Part shown: positions 37,444 through 48,204 of the stretch, in pieces
How positions within the stretch are numbered: the first letter of the stretch is position 1
Layout of the letters: the number at the start of each line of letters is the position of its first letter
Assembly (NCBI GenBank): GCA_026396875.1
Contig: JAPLVY010000007.1
Span: 13,047-77,046 of the forward strand
Direction of reading: 5' to 3'
From: Candidatus Falkowbacteria bacterium
GTDB lineage: Bacteria > Patescibacteriota > Patescibacteriia > Patescibacteriales > UBA12465
DNA: 64,000 nucleotides
Position numbers and translations under genes: made by a program
The notes under the pieces: model-generated
What the model saw: the letters and a program-made list of their open reading frames with translations, nothing else
The model's database searches: none
What the model was told of the DNA's origin: nothing

Positions 37444-39311
37444 TTACTGTACTTTCCCTGAATTACTCAAGCTGGCAATATCGTCATCCTCTAATTTTGT
37501 CGTCTTGGGTGCACTGACAATTTTTATTTCAGAGTTATTTTCCGAATCAAGAGCAGAAACCGAGGAACCAGGAGAAACAATTAATATTTTATTGCGGTCA
37601 GTTAAAACAGGGATTAGGCTGAGATTAAACTCTCCGGTAATTTTCGGCACCGAAAGAGGGACTAAACCAAGATCCCAAACCACCTGATTTGAAGCCTGAT
37701 CATAGTAAATAGCACCCGCCTGGACCTTCACTCTTCCCTCGAAGCTAGTGTTCGGTGGCAAAGCAAGACTAACCCTCGCCTTGGTCAATTCATGTAAGGT
37801 GTTGCTTAGAGACCAGTAGACCCTTAACGAAGTTTTTTCTCCTACTTTCGGGGGCAAAGGCCCCTCGCCAACAGGAGAATTGTTGTCGTCAAAGTAAAGG
37901 ATCTTCTCGGAAAAATTCAAATCGCTATTCAACTTATTGATGATGACATTGCTGCGGTTAAGCTCTGACGCTATTGTATTACTGTTAATATTAAATTGAG
38001 CGTAGTTTTTAATTTGAAAATTATTGCCCAAATCAGCACTGGAAAATTTTCTCAAATGAACGGAAAAATTTAGATCACCGCTTTGTCCTGGTTTAATTTC
38101 CGCCAAAGCCGGCGCCTCATCTTTTGTCCAGGTGATTACGCCATCTTTTAACTTGCCAGAAGAATCGACAAATAAATTACTCCAATCAATAAAAGGACTG
38201 TCGGCCACGGCGCTGATTGCAACATTACTGAGAGTCGCTGCACCCTTATTGGAATAGGAAATAGTATAGTTTAAAACATCACCAAAATTTACCGCTTGGT
38301 CTCCCTGGCTACCATTTATCATCATCGTTAAATTTAGATCGTTCTTGATCACGTCCATTCCAGCTCGTTTTTCAAGAAAGACTACATTATTACCGAGATG
38401 GTCTGGCGCGGAAAGTTTACCAACAATTTCTAGACGATTTTGATCGCATTAATTCCCTCCACCTGCCAATAGTTATCAACTTTCTTTAGAGTCCAAGACG
38501 CCGAAGAAGCAACTTCTGGATTGATAATAACAACCGACTGGGGCACCTCAAACTCAATCCTAAATTTATTAATCAGTGGAGACTCAAAATTAGAGAGTCT
38601 AAGCAAAAGACTATTCTCTGCTCCCGCCAAGCCAGCGCTTGGATAATCTATTTCCGCACGAAAGCCAAGGCCATCAACCATCGTTGACGCGGAAACTTCT
38701 TTCTTTAAATCACTGGAAAATCCCGACTGCTGATAACTCAATTTAGCCCAAACAACATTGGCTGAATTCTCTTGATTAATGATTCTCCCCTTAACTTCAA
38801 AGGTCATTTCTGCTCCCGCCGGCAAATCTGGTAAAGTCCAGTAATTATTGTGTGAAACTGGCGCTGCACTAGCACTAGTAAAGATGAAGTTTCCTGGATA
38901 TGATAATTCTAATTTCAGTGAATTAATCGGTGCGCCAGAATTATTGCGATAAGTAAGGTAATAAGAAAACTCTTCTCCAGCCTTCACTCGGTCTGGAGCA
39001 GAAATCAACAATTCAACCCCTGATTTCTGGGTGGGAGAAAAAATCAAAAGTCCTGCCCAAGCGGCAAGTGCCAAAAAAACAAGACTAAACATCCAACGAA
39101 AAACCGTAATAAACGCTTTCTGTCTGGCTTTTTTTTCTAATTTATGGACATCAACCAGATGACCACGTTCATCACGATAAATTTCCGATAAACGGCCGTT
39201 GATTTCCTCGCCACGCTCCTCGCTTCTCATCTGACGCTCAAAACTACGAACTTCTGCGCTAGAAGGTAAGGGCTTTTCAACAAAATGCGGCTCTGTTTTC
39301 TTTGTCGACAT
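37444..39311 (-). pseudogene. Split DUF11-type Ig-repeat membrane-anchored protein (ORFs 38430..39311 and 37444..38358)
   Basis: Both parts carry G.E..Y.(L/I).Y.N...L..V...W.L DUF11-like repeats; the second frame is open back to about 38448 and overlaps the first ORF's end. Confidence 0.65.
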
Positions 39312-39315
39312 ATTT

Positions 39316-41742
39316 TTAATTATTACTTTTGATAATCACGCCGAAGCTCTGATCCCCCTCTAATAATTGACTCTTCTCCCAGCCCAGAGGGTGGGCGTCC
39401 TCAACTTCAGGATAAACCCAAATATTATTTAGCTGCTTATTTGAATCCGGAAAAGACAATTTTCCATAGTATTCAGGGGCTTTGGCTCCGGGCTGTTTCT
39501 GGACAAGAAGTGAGTATGAAGCTAATTTTTCCTTTTCGCCAAAGACAAGTCTGCCAAGTTTTGCCTGCCAGCTTTCATTTGGCAAACTATTACTGAAGGT
39601 CATTCTAAAAGGCAGATAGTAACTAAATTCAACGCTCGCTTCATTGCCAGGATCGACCATTAACCAATTAGCAAAAACCGTCTTGTTATTTTCTTGATAA
39701 ATCATGGTTCCGTTGCGAGTCTTTAGGGCCTGTCCTTCCCCTTTTTGAATAAGTGGACGCTCTTGCCAATCATCGGCAGCTTTTTTAAATAGTGAACTAC
39801 TGGGGGTGGTAAAACCCGAGGAATCGATTAACTCACTTCCTAGCGGCACATAAATTCTAAGCCAATCAACGTTTCTCATGCCAAACAACTTTTCATTTTT
39901 AATACCGCTATGATTTTTGGTAATTTTTACTCTATTGAGAATCCGACCATCCGCCTGGATTTCGGTGCTCTGTTCAATTCTCTCGGTCACTCGATAGTCG
40001 CTTTTGCCGCCACTAATATTAGAGTCAACTACCATCAAATAATCGCCAGTAGTTTTCTCTTGCCTACCAGCCCAGGAACGACGCTCAACTTCAGCCTGCA
40101 ATTTTGGATCGGAAAAATTGAACATTAATTGCTTCTGGTCAAGACTTCTTTCGGTTAAGGTCAAGATTTTGGCGATATTTTCCCGATCAATTTTTTTGGG
40201 TAATTCCGAAAGAATTTTTGCCGTTAAGTCACCGATGATTTTCTTGGGCTTTTTCCCTTGATTGCGCTCTAAATCCTGCTTAACCAAGACAGTAGCGCTG
40301 GCAATATTGGTAGTACTAGTGGCACCTCGAAAATCGTCCACCGACAACTGCCCGTCTTTCACTAAATTATCTTTCTCGGTTATTTGCTGAGTTATTTCGT
40401 AAAAATTGTTAGCATCAATAATGACGCCATATTCACTAGTCAGATCAATCGGACCAGTGATCTCCAAGAGTCCATCAATAATGTCTGGAGTAAAAGCAAT
40501 TACCCCGTCTACTGTCGGACCACCACTCTTTTCGTAAAACCAACGGATATTATCAGCGGACAAAGCCCAGTCAGGGAACCAATTCGCGTCCCAAAAAAAC
40601 CAACGAGCAGCAATTAGGCGCAGAGCTTCTGGAGATTTAACAAAAGCACTTAAACCGCCCTTAGTGTCATAAGTCCCCCCACCAGGTATCTCCAAATTCT
40701 TAACTTTACCGCCACTGAAATCAATCAGCGCGTAACTTCCCATAAATCCACCACCACCACGCAACTCATTGTTGTTTTGAAAAATAAGCAAATATCTTTT
40801 GTCTCTATTAACACCAAATAATTCTCCGAGTTTACTGGCAGCCGGCACGGCTTCTGATAAAGCATCGTCTAGAACATTCACCTTTTCTTTGAGGTCTGAG
40901 AACTGCTGGCGATATTCTGACGGCAAAGATTCTGCATCTATTTCCTCCAACTTACTGGACAAGCTTTTTGCTTCTCTTAAAGCCACCGCCCCCTCCCTCT
41001 CAAAAATTGCCAAAGAATCCTTGGGATCACCCTGAGAAAATATTCCATCTAACGCCAAGGACAGATGCTGCCCCAAAGAAGAAGCGAGGATACCCGCTGC
41101 CAGAAACTTCTGGCCATTGGCGGCTAGACGCAATTCTTTATTCCCAGACAAAGCAGCCAGACCAAGTAAATTTTGATTAATTCCTTTCAGGTCATCTTCG
41201 GCTTGCAAGAAGTGCTGCGCGGCTCCAGAAAAGTCATTGGAAGCGGATTTTAGGTCTAAGCGAGAAGCCGCTGAGGCCGCCAACATCAGATCATTAATAG
41301 CCAAATGAGAGCTAGCACTAATCTTTTGTTTTAGCGCTTGCGGGTCAAGTATTTTATAATAAGCAAGCAATTTAAGGGGGATAAAAATAGACAAAAGAAC
41401 CAGCGAGAAAGCAATAGCGCGACCAAGAAAAGAACTAGCGAAAACCTTCTTCTCAAAAGAGCTAAGACGATCGCTTATTTCCTCCGCTCTTTTGTCTAGA
41501 AGCATGCCTCCGTGGCGATGATGCGTAAGGGGTTTAAAAAAGAAAGACAGAGAAGATGAAACTCTCTTTGATTTCCAGGAATAATTATTCGATCTTTTAG
41601 TCTTCTTGTTTTGGTGTTTACCCTCATTTACTGAAGAATCATTCTTCCGTAAATCAAGAATAAAGCCGGAGCGCTTATGCTCCAACTGATCAAGGGAAAT
41701 ATCTAAAGAAAATTTCTTATTTTTATTTCTCAATTTAGTCAT
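39316..41742 (-). CDS. DUF4012 domain protein
   Basis: YLLIFQNNNELRGGGGFMGSY, DANWFPDW, VDGVIA, DSN..GGKSD, WLRIYVPLGS, QKQPG. Confidence 0.85.
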   Translation of the reverse strand: MTKLRNKNKKFSLDISLDQLEHKRSGFILDLRKNDSSVNEGKHQNKKTKRSNNYSWKSKRVSSSLSFFFKPLTHHRHGGMLLDKRAEEISDRLSSFEKKVFASSFLGRAIAFSLVLLSIFIPLKLLAYYKILDPQALKQKISASSHLAINDLMLAASAASRLDLKSASNDFSGAAQHFLQAEDDLKGINQNLLGLAALSGNKELRLAANGQKFLAAGILASSLGQHLSLALDGIFSQGDPKDSLAIFEREGAVALREAKSLSSKLEEIDAESLPSEYRQQFSDLKEKVNVLDDALSEAVPAASKLGELFGVNRDKRYLLIFQNNNELRGGGGFMGSYALIDFSGGKVKNLEIPGGGTYDTKGGLSAFVKSPEALRLIAARWFFWDANWFPDWALSADNIRWFYEKSGGPTVDGVIAFTPDIIDGLLEITGPIDLTSEYGVIIDANNFYEITQQITEKDNLVKDGQLSVDDFRGATSTTNIASATVLVKQDLERNQGKKPKKIIGDLTAKILSELPKKIDRENIAKILTLTERSLDQKQLMFNFSDPKLQAEVERRSWAGRQEKTTGDYLMVVDSNISGGKSDYRVTERIEQSTEIQADGRILNRVKITKNHSGIKNEKLFGMRNVDWLRIYVPLGSELIDSSGFTTPSSSLFKKAADDWQERPLIQKGEGQALKTRNGTMIYQENNKTVFANWLMVDPGNEASVEFSYYLPFRMTFSNSLPNESWQAKLGRLVFGEKEKLASYSLLVQKQPGAKAPEYYGKLSFPDSNKQLNNIWVYPEVEDAHPLGWEKSQLLEGDQSFGVIIKSNN

Positions 41743-42892
41743 TTATTTTTAGGCACTTTTGATAAACCGCCAAGGTCTTTTTCGCACAATCCTGCCAACT
41801 GAAATCTTTTACTCTTTTTGTTCCTGCGTCTTTCAGATTTTCTCTTAACGTCGCATCGCTGAAAACTCGATTCATTTTACTTAAGAAATCATTGGCATCA
41901 TAGGGGTCAAAATATAGTGCGGCATCGCCTAGTATCTCTGGCAGGCTTCCCTCTTTTGAGCTAACAACCGGACAACCACGAGACATTGCCTCTAGCGGTG
42001 GTAGACCGAAGCCCTCGTAAAACGAGGGGAAAATATAGGCCAGAGCGCGAGAAAACAAAAATGATAAATCATCATCAGAAACATAGCCGAGAAAATAAAC
42101 CCTCTTCACTTGCAAGTCTTTGGCTAATTTTTTTATCTGTAAATAAAAATAGTCCTCCTTCCCCACCAAAACCAAGGAGGCATTATGCTGTTTACTTTCT
42201 CCTTGGAAGGAGGAAAAAGCCTTAAGTAAACCCTCAAGATTCTTGTGAGGATAAGCGTTGCCGACATAAAGGAAAAAAGGCTGGTCAATACCTTGCTGCT
42301 GCAAAATGCGAGAATCCGTTGCCACATCCACGAGGAAATTATCAGCCACTCCTTCGTAGGTAACCTCAATTTTATTAGCCGATATTTTAAATTGTTTAAT
42401 AATATCTTCAGCGGTAAATTTTGAAACTGCAATAATCTTTAAAGAATTTTTAACAGCGTAACCAATTACTTGTCGATAAGCAAAATTTTTCAGGCGATAC
42501 ATCCATGGTTTAAGCAGCGTGGCCTTCAGTGAAGGAAATTTTGTGAGAATTAAATCATGGATAGTAACAATAAAATTACGACGGTAGAATATCGGCACGT
42601 TAAAGTGTGTAAAATGCAATAGATCGAGATTCTCACGGTAAAAGTAGAAAGGTAAAATTACTTGTTCACGCCAAGAGTACCAGCGAATATTAATCTTAAC
42701 TTTTTTATAATTTTTTCCCGGTAGCTGAAAACTATCGAAATTTTCTGGACTCAAGAAAATAACGTAGTCGGCAGTCTGATCGAAAGAAACGATCCGGTCA
42801 GTGATTTCCTGAGTATAACGACCGAGGCCCTTACCAAGAGGACCATAAAAACGAGCGTCAATACCAATTTTTGGTTTTTTGTGATTTTCCAT
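41735..42892 (-). CDS. Glycosyltransferase family 4 (GT-B)
   Basis: IGIDAR, VTIHDL, PHKN, FPSFYEGFGLPPLEAM. Confidence 0.95.
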   Translation of the reverse strand: MENHKKPKIGIDARFYGPLGKGLGRYTQEITDRIVSFDQTADYVIFLSPENFDSFQLPGKNYKKVKINIRWYSWREQVILPFYFYRENLDLLHFTHFNVPIFYRRNFIVTIHDLILTKFPSLKATLLKPWMYRLKNFAYRQVIGYAVKNSLKIIAVSKFTAEDIIKQFKISANKIEVTYEGVADNFLVDVATDSRILQQQGIDQPFFLYVGNAYPHKNLEGLLKAFSSFQGESKQHNASLVLVGKEDYFYLQIKKLAKDLQVKRVYFLGYVSDDDLSFLFSRALAYIFPSFYEGFGLPPLEAMSRGCPVVSSKEGSLPEILGDAALYFDPYDANDFLSKMNRVFSDATLRENLKDAGTKRVKDFSWQDCAKKTLAVYQKCLKIND

Positions 42893-42901
42893 TTTTATAG
42901 T

Positions 42902-44326
42902 TTAGGCAAAGGGGAGGTTCTCCGGTGGATTATCTTTTTCCAAGGCTTCTATTTTGTCATCTGGTGCTTTTGGTCCTTTCGGTTTTTCGTTAAAAATATC
43001 TTCTGGAACATATTTGTCATCCATAAACAGGGGCAAACTTGCTGGAGCTTCCGCCTTTCTGCCAGGAGCCATTTGAACCAAGGGAGCTTTGACTGAAGCT
43101 TCAATTGGAAAATGCCAAATAGTAGCTAGCTCTTCAATGGTATAAACACCAGGAGTGCGACCAGCGCCGACTGCTCGACCGACATAATTATTCATCAAGC
43201 GATTTTTCTTAGTTATTAGTCGCGCTGTTTGGTTAAAATAAGCCGACTTGGTCATGGTAAAATCTAAGTCCGGCTTAAAGCTGTTGAGATCTAAATCGAT
43301 GAATTGCTTGATATAGCCGACAAAGCCACTAAAAACTTTGGCTTTATTAATAACGTCCTTTTTGGCAAGATAAACAATTCTTAATTTGGCCTCAAAGCCT
43401 AATTGAGAAGCTTTGTTTTGGATAAATTCAATCTTCTTCTTCTGAACCGGGGTTAATTCCATCATCGATAAAGCTTTTTTCTCTTCCTTCTTTTCTGGTT
43501 GGTAGGGACCCCATAATTCAAAAAGCCCCTCACTAACTCCATGAACAATTGGCGCTAAACGATCCAATAAGTCTTCCCCAGCTTTCGGTTTCTTGCCAAG
43601 AATCTTATTTACTTCGTCATCCGCTTTTTTTGCCCAATCAAAACCACAGGGAGTAACCAGAATCTGATACCAGAATTGTTCGCCAGTCCGCAAAGAGCTG
43701 CATAAATCCATTAGCGAAGCCATGGGGTCTTTAAACTGAGTTTCGCTTGGGCCCATTTGATGTTCAAATTCTTTATAAGTTTTTATTGGATAAATAAAAT
43801 GCTTCTGCTGAATAAACTCTGAACCGGCGATATCATATTCTTCATCAGGAAAACGTAATGGCATCCCCTCGACATAATCATCCACTTCGGTGATTTCCGC
43901 GTCTGGGTATTGAGAATAAACTGATGATTCCACTAGACTCCTGAATTGAATAGGTGTTCTGATTAAAAATTGCGTATACCCATCGATGCTAACAATCTCA
44001 AAACTAAAAGAAAGTTGATAGACTCCCAAAAACCACTTTTCAAAAAAACTAACCGAGCCGTGAGCGCCAGCCAAATAAGTAAAAAGGTTTTCGGTTGCCT
44101 TTGGAGATTGCTCATTGCCTTTGGGAATATCGATAGCCAGCAAAATAAACTTGTTTTTCATTGACCATTTAGTCTCGATGTAAATCAGCCAAAGATGCAA
44201 TGAGGCTTTGACAAACATCCAGGCCAAAATTATCCAGCCAAAATACAAAAAAAACTTCCAGAGCATGAGATCGGGCGGAAGATGTAAAAAATCTTCAATC
44301 GGGGTTAAATTGATAACAATATCCAT
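42902..44326 (-). CDS. Conserved CPR hypothetical protein (N-terminal TM; resembles the non-ATPase domain of CPR TraD/VirD4-like proteins)
   Basis: SFEIVS, YSQYPDAEITEVDDY, YPIKTY..F, DPMASL, EELATIWHFP. Confidence 0.7.
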   Translation of the reverse strand: MDIVINLTPIEDFLHLPPDLMLWKFFLYFGWIILAWMFVKASLHLWLIYIETKWSMKNKFILLAIDIPKGNEQSPKATENLFTYLAGAHGSVSFFEKWFLGVYQLSFSFEIVSIDGYTQFLIRTPIQFRSLVESSVYSQYPDAEITEVDDYVEGMPLRFPDEEYDIAGSEFIQQKHFIYPIKTYKEFEHQMGPSETQFKDPMASLMDLCSSLRTGEQFWYQILVTPCGFDWAKKADDEVNKILGKKPKAGEDLLDRLAPIVHGVSEGLFELWGPYQPEKKEEKKALSMMELTPVQKKKIEFIQNKASQLGFEAKLRIVYLAKKDVINKAKVFSGFVGYIKQFIDLDLNSFKPDLDFTMTKSAYFNQTARLITKKNRLMNNYVGRAVGAGRTPGVYTIEELATIWHFPIEASVKAPLVQMAPGRKAEAPASLPLFMDDKYVPEDIFNEKPKGPKAPDDKIEALEKDNPPENLPFA

Positions 44327-44379
44327 AAGAAGGATAATTATAAAATATCTTTTATTTTACCATATAAACTAGTAAAAAC

Positions 44380-44413
44380 AAAATCACCCCAGATCTATTC
44401 TGGGGTGATTTTT
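44380..44413 (-). terminator. Intrinsic terminator
   Basis: AAAATCACCCCAGA-loop-TCTGGGGTGATTTT. Confidence 0.85.
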
Positions 44414-44435
44414 GATATCGAAAAAGATTGAAAAA

Positions 44436-45467
44436 TTATTTATTCCACTCCTTCAAACCATACATACCGCGACCGGTTAAAATGTAGCGGTTATCCAAAA
44501 TTAATTCGTTGTGAACAGTGGCTGGATTTGCCACTTTTTTGTCAAAACCGACTTCATTGATCCGACGAGCAATCTCAGTAAAATGCAAAGGCTCACCAGC
44601 GTTCTTTAAAACCAAAAAGATTTTATCATTAATAGTTTTTGGCTTAACCTCCTGCCAAGAGGAAACACCCCAATGTCCAAATTTGTTTCTTTCCAGGCTC
44701 TTGATGGCTTGCATTAGAGAGTAAAGAATCTTGTTGCTGTTGATTACTTCTGCTTTATCTGGGAAAGTTTCACTCTTTAAAATTGCTGAAATATCGACAT
44801 CACCATCAAACGTTAGCTGCTCTTGGTATTTATTGTAGGAATCGAGCTCTTTTAGAAGATCGAGCAATTCTTCAGTGCTTAAAGTTTTCTTCAAGGCGTC
44901 AACCTTCTCCATCAAATCATTAGCTAATTCTTCGAGATGGTTAATGGATGAGTCCTTTGATTTCAAAGAGGAGTTAAACTGCTCTGATTCGGATACGAAA
45001 TCAAAGTTATCGGCCAAGACGCGAGAAAGAATAAAATCGAAGTTATTACGATATGAAGTCTTTTCCTGTTGACTTGACTCATTATTACCATCAATAATCT
45101 CCAGGCAAAAAACCGTTAAAATATCCAAAAGATAATCACGACGCATTAAACCGCCATGCTGTTCGAGTAGGGACTCTACGACTTCTTTTAAAACTGCTAG
45201 ATCGCCTTCAAGTGTTTCCAGTTTCTTGATTTTTTTCAAACTTGAAGATTCTATTTGACGAACTCTTTCACGAGTTAACTGATGGAGCTTGCCAATTTTT
45301 TCCAGAGTTTCTTTCTTTTCCCCTTGTAAGCCAAAACGGCGCACCAAAACATCTTTTTCGCGGTCCATAAGATCGCCAAAGAGGTTGGAAACGATTTGAA
45401 CGGCGTTAAGCTTGGAGGCCTCTTCGCCGCGTTTTTCTTTAATTAAAGTCTCTAAAATGCTTCCCAT
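44436..45467 (-). CDS. Sigma70 region-4 HTH plus C-terminal HARE-HTH (RNAP delta-like) protein
   Basis: RRFGL..ETLEKIG....LTRERVRQIE; PLHFTEIA, TVHNELI...RY.L.GRG.YGL.EW. Confidence 0.85.
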   Translation of the reverse strand: MGSILETLIKEKRGEEASKLNAVQIVSNLFGDLMDREKDVLVRRFGLQGEKKETLEKIGKLHQLTRERVRQIESSSLKKIKKLETLEGDLAVLKEVVESLLEQHGGLMRRDYLLDILTVFCLEIIDGNNESSQQEKTSYRNNFDFILSRVLADNFDFVSESEQFNSSLKSKDSSINHLEELANDLMEKVDALKKTLSTEELLDLLKELDSYNKYQEQLTFDGDVDISAILKSETFPDKAEVINSNKILYSLMQAIKSLERNKFGHWGVSSWQEVKPKTINDKIFLVLKNAGEPLHFTEIARRINEVGFDKKVANPATVHNELILDNRYILTGRGMYGLKEWNK

Positions 45468-45531
45468 ATTTTCAGATGGTTGGTCAAAAAAAATATAATT
45501 GACTGACCCGCTAGTTTTTTATCTATCTTGA

Positions 45532-45560
45532 ACTCTATCACGATAACATTTTTTAGTCAA
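45532..45560 (-). promoter_or_regulatory. sigma70 promoter of the HTH gene
   Basis: TTGACT-17 bp (ending TGA)-TAGAGT. Confidence 0.55.
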
Positions 45561-45570
45561 TAGTCACGAG

Positions 45571-46548
45571 TTATCTGTCCTTATTTTTATAATTTTCCTT
45601 TATATTAGTAAAAATGCTGTAATATTCCTTCATTAAAAACGGCTCTCTAAATAAAGCAAAAATGAACATGCCCAGGCTAGATTTGATAATTATTGCTTTC
45701 GAAAAAAGGTTCTGTCGGCTAAAATGCTTGCTAAAAAGCAGGTGCTGGTTAACAAAAGACCAGCGACGAACATTCTTGCTTTTATTTTTTCGATCTCGAA
45801 GAGTGGCAATAAAACCTTGTCCGGGATCCGCGGCACTACGATCATGCCAGGCAGCGGCCTCAGAAACACAAGCTGATCTCTGCCCCGCCAAGAAGAGCCG
45901 GTAGGCTAGATCACAGTCCTCTTTATACATAAACATCCTTTCGTCGAAATATTGTTCCTCCCCGGCTTTTCCGGTGGCGATAAGTAATAGGGCTGAGAGG
46001 CGAAAAATACCTGCCGCCCCCGAAGGGCCGATAATCTCAAGATTATCAAAAGAGCCATCATCAACTTTCCCCTGCCCCAAGTCAGAGAAACGAAGACCGG
46101 GAGACAAAACTAAGCCGCAAGTATCAATAATTTTGTGTTCAGGATTCTTCGGAAAAGGCCAACGATAGAGCTTGGGGCAAGCGGAAGAAATTGATCCATC
46201 TCCATCCAAAAATTCGATTAGCTTTTTTATGGTATCTTTTTCTAAGAGCACATCGGGGTTAAGCATTAGAAAATAAGTGGCCCCGTCTTTTTTTGCTGAA
46301 CGAATTAGAATGTTATAAGCTCTGGCAAAACCCAGGTTTTGACTCCGGGAAAGAAACTGGAAATCGGGATAACTCGTAGCAATCAATTCCTGATTGCGAT
46401 AATCTCCAGGCTCACTATTATCAAAGATTTTTACCAAAAAATTATTATCTGGCAAAAAAGATAAAGCAGCCTGCAAAGCTGGCAAAGTCTTGGAAAAATA
46501 TTTTAGCGAAGAATCGCCGTAGGCAACTAATCCGATAACTAACTTCAT
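45571..46548 (-). CDS. Glycosyltransferase family 2 (rhamnosyltransferase-like)
   Basis: DNS, NLGFARAYN, LNPD, GAA, FDERMFMYKEDCDL. Confidence 0.9.
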   Translation of the reverse strand: MKLVIGLVAYGDSSLKYFSKTLPALQAALSFLPDNNFLVKIFDNSEPGDYRNQELIATSYPDFQFLSRSQNLGFARAYNILIRSAKKDGATYFLMLNPDVLLEKDTIKKLIEFLDGDGSISSACPKLYRWPFPKNPEHKIIDTCGLVLSPGLRFSDLGQGKVDDGSFDNLEIIGPSGAAGIFRLSALLLIATGKAGEEQYFDERMFMYKEDCDLAYRLFLAGQRSACVSEAAAWHDRSAADPGQGFIATLRDRKNKSKNVRRWSFVNQHLLFSKHFSRQNLFSKAIIIKSSLGMFIFALFREPFLMKEYYSIFTNIKENYKNKDR

Positions 46549-46604
46549 AATAATTGTGACCAAAAATCTAAAGAAATAAAAAACGGCCGGGCAAGGCCGT
46601 TTTC

Positions 46605-47330
46605 TTAAATTACCATCTTATCTGCTAACTTTTCTTTGGCAATTTGCTGAGCTCTTAAAAGACTATCAAAAGTGCCCGCATCAAGCCATTCCCCTTGAAC
46701 CATTGCCACTTCTAATTCTCCATGATTTAAGTACCAATTGTTGAGATCAGTGATTTCTAACTCTCCCCGGTCGCTGGGTTTAAGATTTTTAGCCACCTCA
46801 ACCACTCTTTTGTCATAAATATACATTCCGGTTACCGCATAATTACTGAGATATTCTTTCGGTTTTTCAACTATTTTTTCAGCACGTTTTTGTTCGTCAA
46901 ATTTTACTACACCGAAACGCTCCGGATCAGGAACTTCTTTGGCAAAAATCTTGGCGCCACCCCTAAAATTCTTTATTTCTTCGGAAAAATCATCTTCAAA
47001 AATATTATCGCCCAAAATCATCGCTACATCCTCATTATCAATAAAATTGCTGCCAATAATAAAGGCCTGAGCTAGGCCCTCTGGCTTGTCCTGAATTTCG
47101 TAGGTAAATTTAACCCCAAAATCTTTGCCGCTTCCCAGAAGATTCAAATAGTCGCCAGCTCTCTCCGGGGAAACAATTATTAGGATCTCTTTTATTCCGG
47201 CCTTAACCAGAGTGTTAAGAGGATAATAAATCATTGGACGATGATAAATCGGCAATAGCTGCTTGCTAGTGATTTTTGTGAGAGGGCGCAAGCGAGTACC
47301 GCTGCCACCAGAAAGAATTATTCCACGCAT
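46605..47330 (-). CDS. rfbA: Glucose-1-phosphate thymidylyltransferase (short form)
   Basis: GGSGTRL.PLT..SKQLLPIY, Q..P.GLAQAF, LGDNIF, EKP, S.RGELEITD, W.DAGT. Confidence 0.93.
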   Translation of the reverse strand: MRGIILSGGSGTRLRPLTKITSKQLLPIYHRPMIYYPLNTLVKAGIKEILIIVSPERAGDYLNLLGSGKDFGVKFTYEIQDKPEGLAQAFIIGSNFIDNEDVAMILGDNIFEDDFSEEIKNFRGGAKIFAKEVPDPERFGVVKFDEQKRAEKIVEKPKEYLSNYAVTGMYIYDKRVVEVAKNLKPSDRGELEITDLNNWYLNHGELEVAMVQGEWLDAGTFDSLLRAQQIAKEKLADKMVI

Positions 47331-47347
47331 AAATATAGAAATTAATT

Positions 47348-48202
47348 TTATTTTAAATAATCTGCCAGGGCTTCCTGCCAGGAACGAAGCAGAGGCCTTT
47401 TTGAATTTTCCAGAGCAGAGGCCATTGGCCTTTTGGCTGGCCGCGAAAAAGTGCTACCCAAAACTGGAACAAGCTCCGATACTATTCCTTTGAGCCTCAA
47501 CGCTTCGACCGCACCTTGATACCAGGTAGCAACCCCCTCGTTAATCAAGTGAAATATTCCGTAATCAGCGTGGTCGATAATAATATTTTTGGTTGCCAGC
47601 GCCAAATCGGGGGTGAAAGTAAAACAACTCCACTCTTCATCAACCGCCTTCAGGGTGTTTCCATTTTGCGCCAAATTAATCATGATGTCAAAAAAATTCG
47701 GTTTAGCAAAGGGACTGGACCCTGCTGGTCCAAAAAGCTTAGAAGTGCGGATTAAATAAAATTTCAACCCAGAAGAGATAAGTTTCAGGATTCTTTGTTC
47801 ACCATCAGCCTTACTTTGACCATAAAAATTGATTGGACTGGGACTGCAATCTTCGAGAAAACGACTATTAGCACTATCTCCAGAAAAAACGTAATCCGTA
47901 GAGTAATGCACGAATAGTATGTCGCTAGACAAACAAAAATCTGCCAAAAAACCCGGGAGATCAACGTTCAATCTTCGCGCTAAAGCTTTTTCATTCTCGT
48001 CGACCTCACACTTGTCTACTACATTATAAGCAGCTGCATTAATAATAATACTTGGACTCTCCCGCTCTAGTCTTTCTTTTAGCGCGTTGAAATCGAGAAA
48101 ATCGACATCAGAGCGATCAAGCCCAACAACTGTTTGATCGGAAAATACTTTCATTAATTGAGTACCAAGGTTGCCCTGCGAACCGATGATTAAAATTTTC
48201 AT
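47348..48202 (-). CDS. rfbD: dTDP-4-dehydrorhamnose reductase
   Basis: GSQGNLG, INAAAY..VD..E, HYSTDYVF, YGQSK, RPAKRP. Confidence 0.92.
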   Translation of the reverse strand: MKILIIGSQGNLGTQLMKVFSDQTVVGLDRSDVDFLDFNALKERLERESPSIIINAAAYNVVDKCEVDENEKALARRLNVDLPGFLADFCLSSDILFVHYSTDYVFSGDSANSRFLEDCSPSPINFYGQSKADGEQRILKLISSGLKFYLIRTSKLFGPAGSSPFAKPNFFDIMINLAQNGNTLKAVDEEWSCFTFTPDLALATKNIIIDHADYGIFHLINEGVATWYQGAVEALRLKGIVSELVPVLGSTFSRPAKRPMASALENSKRPLLRSWQEALADYLK

Positions 48203-48204
48203 AA

